A stretch of 64,000 bases of DNA from positions 1,798,001 to 1,862,000 of the forward strand of contig NC_090357.1 of the NCBI RefSeq assembly GCF_035084215.1, given 5' to 3'. Each line of letters opens with the position of its first letter. Position 1 is the first letter of the stretch. This document shows, piece after piece, positions 24,132 to 36,100 of the stretch. This DNA is from Heptranchias perlo. Its lineage: Eukaryota. A program made the position numbers and the translations under genes. Under the pieces are notes generated by a model. That model made no database searches. It worked only from the letters and a program-made list of their open reading frames with translations, and was not told the origin of the DNA.

Positions 24132-27100
24132 CTGGGAAGCAAGCAGAGTGTTACATTTCATTTAAAGGAACAGACGCAAAGCATGAGATCAGTAACGCAA
24201 CAGGATCAGTTAAACCAGGAGTGAGGGAACTCCAGGCCTCCTCTGATGGCTTCGAGTTAAGGCATGGAACAGATCAGAAGATCCCAGGGTCAATCCCAGT
24301 CAGAGTCAGCTGATCTCCTCCAGGACCTCAGCGGGAACGCTGTGCTCGACCCTGGGCTAAGGGAGGGAGGGAGGGGGGAGAAAAGGCAGCCAGAGTCCCA
24401 GTCCTGATCACTAACCAGTGATTCCTGCACAGGTGGATATCGGGCGAGACCAGGATCGGGATCGACTGCAATGGCTCTCATGGTCAAATAGTCTGTCAGC
24501 CTCCCGCGATAGACACGGCCCCGACGCCCGGAGCCTCCCGCGATAGACACGGCCCCGACGCCCGGAGCCTCCCGCGATAGACACGGCCCCGACGCCCGGA
24601 GCCTCCCGCGATAGACACGGCCCCGACGCCCGGAGCCTCCCGCGATAGACACGGCCCCGACGCCCGGAGCCTCCCGCGATAGACACGGCCCCGACGCCCG
24701 GAGCCTCCCGCGATAGACACGGCCCCGACGCCCGGAGCCTCCCGCGATAGACACGGCCCCGACGCCCGGAGCCTCCCGCGATAGACACGGCCCCGACGCC
24801 CGGAGCCTCCCGCGATAGACACGGCCCCGACGCCCGGAGCCTCCCGCGATAGACACGGCCCCGACGCCCGGAGCCTCCCGCGATAGACACGGCCCCGACG
24901 CCCGGAGCCTCCCGCGATAGACACGGCCCCGACGCCCGGAGCCTCCCGCGATAGACACGGCCCCGACGCCCGGAGCCTCCCGCGATAGACACGGCCCCGA
25001 CGCCCGGAGCCTCCCGCGATAGACACGGCCCCGACGCCCAGAGCCTCCCGCGATAGACACGGCCCCGACGCCCGGAGCCTCCCGCGATAGACACGGCCCC
25101 GACGCCCAGAGCCTCCCGCGATATGGTCCCGACGCCCGGAGCCTCCCGCGATAGACACGGCCCTGACGCCCGGAGCCTCACGCGATATGGTCCCGACGCC
25201 CGGAGCCTCCAGCGATAGACACAGCCCCGACGCCCGGAGCCTCCCGCGATAGACACGGCCCTGACGCCCGGAGCCTCCCGCGATAGACACGGCCCTGACG
25301 CCCGGAGCCTCCAGCGATAGACACAGCCCTGACGCCCGGAGCCTCCAGCGATAGACACAGCCCCGACGCCCGGAGCCTCCAGCGATAGACACAGCCCTGA
25401 CGCCCGGAGCCTCCCGCGATAGACACAGCCCTGACGCCCGGAGCCTCCCGCGATAGAGTTCCGATACCTGGTGCTGGAATTTCTCGTGAAGATCCTGCTT
25501 CTGCTCCTGGGCACGGATCATGTCCATGACTTTCCGGTTTTCTGGCATGCAGGTTGGGCATTCAGAGTCGTGTTCTGCATAACTCTCGAAGCAGTGCTGG
25601 TGGAAGGAGTGGCCACACAGGAAATGGACAGAGGGCAGTTCCAGGGGACTATTACACATGCTGCACTTGGGCTTCTGGAAGATCTTTGCACTGTCAACAG
25701 ATGAACATCAAACCTGATAACAACTCCCTGCAGATTGAGCAGAGCGCAGCGAGTTTCGAGGCATACAGGCAGAAGCTTATACATGTTCTTAAGACTCTAA
25801 CTTGCCGGAGGGAGCGAGTGTACAGGGGAGAGATTCATAGCCCAGGGACGGAGCTCCCCACCTCTCTCCACACATAGGCGGTTCTGAGCAAAGGCCGAGC
25901 AGCTGCTTCCAGAAGATGATCACAGTGTTCAGCGACAAACACCACAGCTGCCCTGAGACAGAGTTACACAGCCCCAAAACATTCGGAAAAATTAATGCCC
26001 TGAAGTTGTGCACAAGACTTTAACACAGTTCAGTTGTCCCAAGAGCGCGGGGCCATTAGAGAATGAGTTACAGGCTCACTGCGTCTGAGACACAATCAGA
26101 GCCCCTTGACTCCACTTTTGGCTTGTTAACATGCTCCAGGATTTATCTAACAATGAGCCCAAAGGAAAGGCACCGGGCCCGAGAGAGGATCTGATGTTTC
26201 GCCCACTTTATGCTCATTTACCTGCTCTTCAGTTCCTCGATCTCCTCTCGGATTTTCTTGGTTTCCTCTCGGTATTGTTTGATCTTTCGCTCATCCTCTG
26301 CAATGTGGTCACTCTCCTGCTGCAGCTTGTTAATGAGGTAATCCTTAATGACCGAGAGCGTGGCTGTGGAGTTATGAGCAAGCGTCTGCACAACTGGGGA
26401 GAAAAAGAGGGAAAAGCTTCAGATTCATCAACACTTACAAGAGGGCCTCCGCTTGGAAAACCTTAAGAACATCGGGGGGAAGCAAAATCTAGAACGGCTT
26501 TTAAAAGGGAAGTGGATAAATATTTGAAAGAAAAATTAAAAAAGGGTACGGGGAACGGGACTAATTGGAGCGATGCTCTTTCAGAGAGTCGGGTGCAATG
26601 GCCTGAATGGCCTCCTTCAGTGTTGTAAAATTGTATGATTCTCTGAACAACCGATTAAATATAAATCGTCTCAAGCAGCAATGTGCAGCATCCAGGAACG
26701 ACTGGACAGGCAGAGGACCCTCCCCTCCGAATTTCTTCCTCTCCTCCGACTGTACAATCGTTTTTCCTCAGTTATCGTCTTGCGGTTATAAAGCCCAGAA
26801 ATCAATCGCTCTGTTGGGATCACGAGAGACACAGACCTGCTTTTCTAAGGTTCAATGGCGATTTTACATCGATAGTAAATCTACACAACATTCTGAACTG
26901 GAGATCTCCAAACTGGGAGCTGATGACCCTACAGGCCCTGTGAAGTTACCAGGTTTCTGTCTGTCTGTCACAGGCCCAGTCAGTAAGCAGTGTCTGCACA
27001 GCTCAATTCTATATTTTTCTGCATTCATTGATTTAAGAGCAAGGTTCTTTCTGTTGCTGTAACCCAGCGTTGTCCAATACATTAACCACTGGCTACATCT

Positions 27101-30100
27101 GGTCAATTGGGAATCCAGATGTGGCTAATTGCAGTTCTGATGAAATAAAATGATCAATGGACACGTCGCTGGTCACGTGTTCTCAATAATCATTCGCAGG
27201 TGTATGTGTGAACTTTAACGGTTTTGTGCGTTTGTTGGTAAAATGGTAAGGTGAAGAGCAGAGTGTTTTTAGATCGTTGAGTGTTTTACTTCCTTGGTTA
27301 CTGAGTGGTGGTTGATGTTTGATAAGTAAATATACACGTGAGAGTATATTTACCTGTATTGTGTGTGAGGCATTTTCTACTAAACTCAGTGCAAGTAGCT
27401 AAAACGGTGTCGCCGTAGCAACACCTGTGGTTGGTCAGTGATTTCTAATGGACAACACTGACGTAACCAATACACATTTCTGCGGTGACAATGCTGACTG
27501 TCACAAGTATGGATGGGGGTCTCTAGGAGTGCGTCAGTATTTGCCGGGGGTCCCCCGCACCGAAAAATTTGGAAACCACAACTGAAAATGGTCAGACCTA
27601 CAAAACATTCACTCGTGAAACAGAGTTTAATCCAGTCAGTGGGCGAGTCCAGCTCTGCCCATGGACCGTGACACTGGGTGGGGACCAAGCAGCTGTCCCT
27701 ACCTCAGGACACTATATGACTAGAAGGCTCAGCCTTACCCAGCAAAGGGGGCATGAGGTTGTTCCTGTCGATGTGCCTCAGCACACTGGTGATGTATTCC
27801 TTGCAATCCTCCTCCTTCCGTGCAAAGTATCCGAGGGCTTGTTCCCACAGACAGGCCTCCTGCTCACCGTATCGCTCACAGGTCTCGATCACCTTGGCGT
27901 ACTCGTCGTTCTGCATGTGATAGTGCATTATCTGCTGGTACCTGAAACGGCAAAACGACTTACAACGGGGGAAAGAGAGCAGCATCTCGCCCACACCCAC
28001 ACACTGTCCACCCACTCAACCCCACAGCACTCCGGACATTCAATCCACAGAAAGACTTGCATTTATACAGCACCTTTCACAACCTCAGGACATCCCAAAG
28101 CGCTTCAAAGCCAATGAAGTACTTTTGTAGTCACTGTTGTAATGTAGGAAACACAGCAGCCAATTTGTGCACAGCAAGATCCCACAAACAGCACTGAGAC
28201 AACGACCAGATGATCTGCTTTTTTACAAATTTTGGTTGAGGGATTGGCCAGGACATTGGAGAGAACTCCCTTACCCATCTTCGAACACTGCCGTGGGATC
28301 TTTTACCTCCACCTAAGGTGGCAGACAGGGCTTCAGTTTAACGTCTCATCCCAAAGACGGCACCTCCGACAGTGCAACACTCCCTCAGTACTGCACTGGG
28401 ATTGTCAGCCAGGATTACATGCTCAAGTCTCGAGTGGGACTTGAACTCATGACCTTCTGACTCAGATGCGAGAGTGCTACTCACTGAGCCATGGCCGACA
28501 CATTCTAACCAAATGCCAAGACCCTCTGGTTAGCACCATATTCCAGAGATTCCTGTGCTTTCATTTAAATCATAAATTTAACCACTGAATAATTTTTTTT
28601 TAAATTTCAAGCAAAAAATTTGAATTAACAGGAGATTAAATCTAAAACCCAAATTCTGTTCTGCTGGAATTTTAAAAAATGTGTTTTTTCACTTCCAATC
28701 TGGCTTTTTATGATCTCATTCAAGTTTTTGTTACCTCTAGACTCGACTATTCCAATGCTCTCCTGGCCGGCCTCCCATCTTCCACCCTCCATAAACTTGA
28801 GCTCATCCAAAACTCTGCTGCCCGTATCCTAACTCGCACCGAGTCCCGTTCACCCATCACCCCCTGCGCTCGCTGACCTACATTGGCTCCCGGTCCGGCA
28901 ACGCCTCCATTTTAAAATTCTCATCCTTGTTTTCAAATCCCTCCATGGCCCTCGCCCTCCTCCCTATCTCTGTAACCTCCTCCAGCCCTACAACCCTCCG
29001 AGATCTCTGCACTCCTCCAATTCTGGCCCCGTGTATCCCCCCACTCCCTTCACCCCACCATTGGCGGCCGTGCCTTCAGCTGCCTCGGCCCTAAGCTCTG
29101 GAATTCCCTCCCTAAACCTCTCACCTCTATAAAACCTACCTCTGACCAAAAAGTCACTCCTCCTAATACCTCCTTTTCTGGCTCAGTGTCAATTTTTGTC
29201 TGTTTACGCTCCTAAGGGACTTCTTACTACGTTAAAGGTGCTATATAAATGCAACTTGTTGTTTTAAAAACCTGTACATCTGATCTTAGTCACTCCGCTG
29301 AGAATTTCATCAGTTAGAGTATAATTTCCAATCCCTTTGTCCCATGTTAGAAAGCGAGGTTTTCTTGAGACAGTGACTGGCGACTTCCAGTCCCTCCCTT
29401 GTACACTTTAAACTTCTGTTCAAAGACTGCCTGGTCGCAGTGTCTTGCCCCAGTGACCTCTCAAATTCTCTTTTCCTTATTTACTATCTGCCAAAGAAAC
29501 CTACACAAATGTCTGCTCCCAGTCAGCCTCTGAGCAGCAGGTATAAAGTATTAAACACGGGACCAGGCGGTGCCTTTGTAACATGTAGGGTGCCACAGCA
29601 ATTCAGAAACAGGGTTCAGAGCGTTACCGAAGAGATCCCATTCTGTACTCACAGTCGGCCCTGCTCATAGAGGTACAACACTCCATCTTTGAAATTGTGC
29701 ATCTGACACAGCACCAAAGCCTTGTCAAAGACAGCCTTAAATAATCCACTCTTCAACAGGCTCATCGCATCTTCCTGCAGCCGTTTCTTTGCCTGATTGG
29801 GAAGTGAAATGAAATGACCGATTTAATAGAGAGCAAGAGACCGTGCCAGACAGAAGCTCAGGCATCATTACCAACTGACAAAGCACATTCACATCCAGTC
29901 GGCTGACCCTTCCTCCCCACCCATCATCCCTGCGGCTGTTGGAATCATCCACAATCTTCAGTCATCAACATTAGAAGATTATAGAATCATAAGAACATAA
30001 GAACATAAGAAATTGGAGCAGGAGTAGGCCAATCGGCCCCTCGAGCCTGCTCCGCCATTCAATAAGATCATGGCTGATCTGATCCCAACCACAAATCTAA

Positions 30101-33100
30101 AGAACACAAGAAGTCGGAGCAGGACCCGGCCACATAGCCCCTGGGCCCTCTCCGCCACCCACAGGGCATTGACCGATCCGAACTCAGCTTCATGTCCAAT
30201 TTCCTGCCCGCTCCCCATAACCCCTAATTCCCTTTACTTCTAGGAAACTGTCTATTTCTGTTTTAAATTTATCTAATGATGTAGCTTCCACAGCTTCCTG
30301 GGGCAGCAAATTCCACAGACCTACCACCCTCTGAGTGAAGAAGTTTCTCCTCATCTCAGTTTTGAAAGAGCAGCCCCTTATTCTAAGATTATGCCCCCTA
30401 GTTCTAGTTTCACCCATCTTTGGGAACATCCTTACCGCATCCACCCGATCAAGACCCTTCACAATCTTATATGTTTCAATAAGATCGCCTCTCATTCTTC
30501 TGAACTCCAATGAGTAGAGTCCCAATCTACTCAACCTCTCCTCATATGTCCGCCCCCTCATCCCCGGGATTAACCGAGTGAACCTTCTTTGTACTGCCTC
30601 GAGAGCAAGTATGTCTTTTCTTAAGTATGGAGACCAAAACTGTATGCAGTATTCCAGGTGCGGTCTCACCAATACCTTATATAACTGCAGCAATACCTCC
30701 TTGTTTTTATATTCTATCCCCCTAGCAATAAAAGCCAACATTCCGTTGGCTTTCTTGATCACCTGCTGCACCTGCATACCAACTTTTTGATTTTCTTGCA
30801 CTGGGACCCCCAGATCCCTTTGTACTGCAGTACTTTCCAGTCTCTCGCCATTAAGAAAATAACTTGCTCTCTGATTTTTCCTGCCAAAGTGCATAACCTC
30901 ACATTTTCCAATATTATATTGCATCTGCCAAATCTCCGCCCACTCACCCAGCCTGTCTATATCCCCTTGCAGGTTTTTTATGTCCTCCTCACTCTCTACT
31001 TTCCCTCCCATCTTTGTATCATCTGCAAATTTTGATATGTTGCACTCGGTCCCCTCCTCCAAATCGTTAATATAGATTGTAAAGAGTTGGGGACCCAGCA
31101 CCGACCCCTGTGGAACACCACTGGTTACTGGTTGCCAGTCCGGAAATGAACCATTTATCCCAACTCTCTGCTTCCTGTTTGATAACCAATCCTCCACCCA
31201 TGCCAGAATATTACCCCCAATCCCGTGATTTTTTATCTTAAGTAATAATCTTTTATGTGGCACCTTGTCGAATGCCTTCTGGAAGTCTAAATACACTACG
31301 TCCACTGGTTCCCCTTTATCCACCCTATACGTTATATCCTCGAAGAACTCAAGCAAATTTGTCAGACATGACTTCCCCTTCATAAAGCCATGCTGACTTT
31401 GTCCTATTAAATTATGCTTATCTAAATGTTCCGTTACTGTCTCCTTAATAATAGACTCCAAAATTTTACCCACCACAGATGTTAAGCTAACTGGCCTATA
31501 ATTTCCAGCCTTCTGCCTACTACCCTTTTTAAATAACGGTGTTACATTAGCAGTTTTCCAATCTGCCGGGACCTCTCCTGAGTCCAGGGAATTTTGGAAA
31601 ACTATCACCAAAGCATCCACAATCCCTACTGCCACTTCCCTCAAGACCCTAGGATGGAAGCCATCAGGTCCAGGGGATTTATCCGCCTTGAGTCCCATTA
31701 TTTTACTGAGTACCATCTCCTGAGTGATTTTAATCGTATTTAGCTCCTCCCCCCCGAGAGTCCCCTGTTTGTCCAGTGTTGGGATATTCTTAGTGTCCTC
31801 TACTGTAAAGACTGAAACAAAATATTTGTTCAGCATTTTTGCCATCTCCATGTTTCCCACCATTAATTTCCCGGTCTCATCCTCTAAGGGACCTATGTTT
31901 GCCTTAGCCACCCTTTTTCTTTTTATATAACTATAGAAACTCTTGCTATCTGTTTTTATATTTTTTGCTAATTTCTTTTCATAATCTAACTTCCCTTTCT
32001 TAATCAATCCTTTAGTTACTTTTTGCTGTCTTTTGAAGAATTCCCAATCTTCTATCCTCCCACTAAGTTTGGCTACCTTATATGTCCTTGTTTTTAGTCG
32101 GATACTATCCTTGATTTCTTTACTTAGCCACGGGTGGCTGTCATTTCTTTTACACCCTTTTTTCCTCAGTGGAATATAGAATGATACAGTGCAGAACGAG
32201 GCCATTCGACCCATCGTGCCTGTGCCGGCTCTTTGAAAGAGCTATCCCAGTTAGTCCCACTCCCCTGCTCTTTCCCCATAGCCCTGCAAATGTTTTCCCT
32301 TCAAGTATTTATGTAATTCTCTTTTGAAAGTTATTATTGAATCTACTTTCATCACCCTTTCAAGGCAGCGCGTTCCAGATCATCACAATTCACTGGGTAA
32401 AAAAAATTCTCGTCTCCCCTCTGGCTCTTTTGCCAATTATCTTAAATCCGTGTCCTCTGGTTACTGACCCTCCTGCCACTGGAAACAGTTTCTCCCTATT
32501 TACTCTATCAAAGCCCCATATAATTTTGAACACCTCTCCCCTTAACCTTCTCTGTTCTAAGGAAAACAATCTCAGCTTCTCCAGTCTCTTCACATAACTG
32601 AAGTAACTGATCAGGGTTCACATCCTGGGATGAAAGTCGTACGGTGCCAAGTGAGTTTAGACACTGGAATCAGCCCATTAAATTGGGAATCCTGCTCAGA
32701 GGCCACAGGGAAAAGGTGTTAGAAGAAAGGGAAATGCTGCAGAGGGGCAGCGAGGGTTGGTACTGAGGCTGGGATTGGCATATTGTTAGAGCAGAAATTG
32801 AGCATTTTAGCCCCTCTAACCCCACACTGTACCAGGGAGCCAAAAGCAGAAGAGTGTCCCATTGCCTAGCAGAAACAGTGGGGGGAAACTCATCAGTGTG
32901 TACGGGGGAAAGGCAAACAGTTCCAACCTGTGTCTCCTCCTCATGGGCCCAGTCCTGCAGCCGGAGTTCGAGCAGCGTGTCGTACACACCCTGCGGGGAG
33001 TTGGTCTGCACCTGGATCATATGCTCCAGGAACTCCTTCAGCTCCCGTGGGTTGTTGGCAAAGATCGGAATGAACTCCTCTGAATTCGCCTAAAAAACAA

Positions 33101-36100
33101 GAAAACACGAGGCAAAACTGTCAGTCACGCGAAACCTTTATAAATCACTGGTTCAGCCCCAGCTGGAGTATTGTGTCCAATTCTGGGCACCGCACTTTAG
33201 GAAGGATGTGAAGGTCTTGGAGAGAGTGCAGAGGAGATTTACTAGAATGGTTCCAGGGATGAGTGACTTCAGTTACGTGGAGAGACTGGAGAAGCTGGGG
33301 TTGTTTCTCCTTAGAGCAGAGGTTAGGGGGAGATTTAATAGAGGCGTTCAAAATTATGAAGGGTTTTGATAGAGTAAATAAGGAGAAACTGTTTCCAGTG
33401 GCAGAAGGGTCGATAACCAGAGGACACAGATTTAAGGTAATTGGTGAAAGAACCAGAGGGGAGATGAGAAGAATTTTTTTAAATATATATATATATACAT
33501 ACACACAGCGAGTTATGATCGGGAATCCGCTGCCTGAGAGGGCGGTGGAAGCAGATTCAATAGTAATTTTCAAAAGGGAATTGGATAAATACTTGAAAAG
33601 GAAAAATTTGCAGGGCTACAGGGAAAGAGCAGGGGGCGTGGGACTAATTGATAGCTCTTTCAAAGAGCTAGCAGAGGCACGATGGGCCAAATGGCCTCTT
33701 TCTGTGCTGTATCATTCTAGCATATTGAGGATGGGAGGTGACCATACTGTACTGTGCCAGTGCTGTACCTTGTCCTCGTATCGGCTGATGGGCTCTCTCT
33801 CTGCCTGGGGGTCTCCGCTGGGTCTGTAGTCCGTGCAGAGGATCTTCAGCAGCTCAGTGGTCTCGTCTGGAGCGTGATGCATCAGCGTTTTCCCGTATTT
33901 CTTCATATTCCTCTCTGCCTGGTCGAAGGGCAGCTTCCCAATATAGTGCAAGGCCTCCTGGTAGTTCTGTGAACACAGGAAACAATTCCAACTAGGAGGC
34001 AAATCCCTGGCACTCGAGCCCAGAGGGGAAAAAAAATAAAATCAGGACTTTAGAGCAAGGAGGGAACTTTTCAATCCTAAGGGTTAATAGATTGCAGACT
34101 TAGATCCAAGGAAAGATGTTGAATCGGACAGTATAAACAGGGTCAGGGTAGAATTAGATGCGTCTCTGGATAGAACACGGGTTGAAGGATAAAGTGGGGA
34201 TGGTTTATGAAAAGGGAATGGACTTGTCGCCCATTTCCTCCTCTTAAAAATTTCTGCGTGCAATGAAAAAGCTCGTGGGTTTTTTGGGTGTGGGTGGGAG
34301 AGTGGTGATGGAGTGAAGTGCACAAGTATACAGTCTAACCTGAAATAATTCAGGGCCACATTCACTAACCATTAATTACACACATCGATTCCCACCAGTT
34401 AATCTTCCAGGGGCACGGCCAGAGTTAATGCACCATCTGCCAACAGACCTGGGTAACTGGGGGCACAGAGCAGGAGTGAGCACTAAAAGCCTAGCGCTCT
34501 GCGGAAGACTGAGCGCCCGTTTCCTTTAATGCGTTTCTTTCAGAACTGCTGGGCTGTGGGATTTTGAACCGAGGGTAACTGGTGCCGGACAACGACCTGC
34601 AAGATCGGAGGCTCACAGTCACAATGGAGAAAGCGACACAGAAACGGTCTCAGTTTTGGAATCACCTGACATAATACGGAGAGACGCAGGCCAGAAAGGG
34701 CAGCAGTCTGCACTGAACCTGCTGATTTCAGCAGGGGCAGCGGTGGGGACAAAACTAAAGGGCCAACCAAGGTTCTGCTCCTGATCACAGCCCACTGACC
34801 CCTGCTGGAAAATGTGTGTAGAAGTCAGATGAGAACACAGTTAGGGACATAAATGATGCTCTCCACAGTCAAATAACCCAACACTTAATGCCCAGCCTCT
34901 CACGGAAGAATAGACACGAGTGAGGCAACGGAGAGCACCCAACACCTCTGAAACTGCACCCCAGCAAAACACAGCACCCTCAGGAGGGAAGAACATTACG
35001 AGAGACTCTCATATCAAGCACACGCATTGTGGACCATGGCAGAGAAAGAGTTAAAGTACCTGGTAGGAACAGGAGGAGGCCATTCAGCCCCTCGAGCCTG
35101 TTCCACCATTCAATCAGATCAGGGCTGATCTGCACCTCAACTCCATTTACCCGTCTTTGCTCCATATCTCCTGATATCCTTACCAAACAAAAAAAAAAAT
35201 CTATCAATCTCTGTCTTGAAAGCTCCAACTGATCCCCAGCATCCAGAGCCTTTTGGGGGAAGAGAGTTCCAGATTTCTACTACCCTCTGTGAAAAAGTGC
35301 TTCCTGAATTTCACCCCTGAACGGCCTGGCTCTAATTTTATTATATCCTCTTGTTATTGATTTCCCCCACCAGAGGAAATAGTTTCTCCGCATCTACCCT
35401 ATCGAATTCTTTTAATCATTTTAAATACATTGATGAGATCACCCCTCATTCTTTTGTACTCAAGGGAATACAAGCCAAGTTTATGCAACCTACCCTCATA
35501 ATTTAACCTTTTAGCCCCAGTATCACTCTGGTGAATCTGTGCTGCACCCCCTCCAAGGCCAATATATTCCTCCTGAGGTGCAGTGCCCAGAACTGAACGC
35601 AGTATCTCCAGATGTGGTCTAACCAGAGCTTTATACAACTGTAGCATCACTTCCTCCCCTTTGTATTCCAGCTCCCTTGAGAAAAACACACAGTGGTATG
35701 CAATCATTCTGAGGAAAGAGCAGCTGAAAGTTTGGAACGAGTTACCTTGATATCCTCGAGCTGTATCTTGAGGTACCACTCATGGTGGAAGTGCTTGTCA
35801 GCCAGGTAGACAGCGTGTTTGTAGTAACCAGCCTGGCGCAGGACCTTGATGGCAGTTTCAACATCAAAATGTACCTCACTCTCACTGGTCTGCAGTGAAA
35901 GTGGATAAAGAACAGGTTAACAGGCGAAGGTCTCCCCGATAACGAACTGCTTTCTAATGCTTCACTGCCATTTATTAAACAAAAGACTTGCGTTTAGCTC
36001 CTTTCACGACCTCAGGCGTTTTACAGCCAATGAAGTGCTTTTGAAGTGTAGTCATGTAGGAAACGTGATAGCCAATTTGCACACAGCAAGATCCCACAAA

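Noticed and set aside
24290-25659. Long ORFs of 256-387 aa, one fused to the VPS11 RING domain
   Set aside because: They are read-through of the stop-free 34-bp minisatellite. The real exon ends at the gtatcg donor (25468/25467) and splices to 24131.
30190-32214. 674-aa ORF as a host gene or autonomous element
   Set aside because: It is a 5'-truncated CR1 ORF2 with no ORF1 or endonuclease domain, and its ATG comes from the neighbouring element's 3' end.
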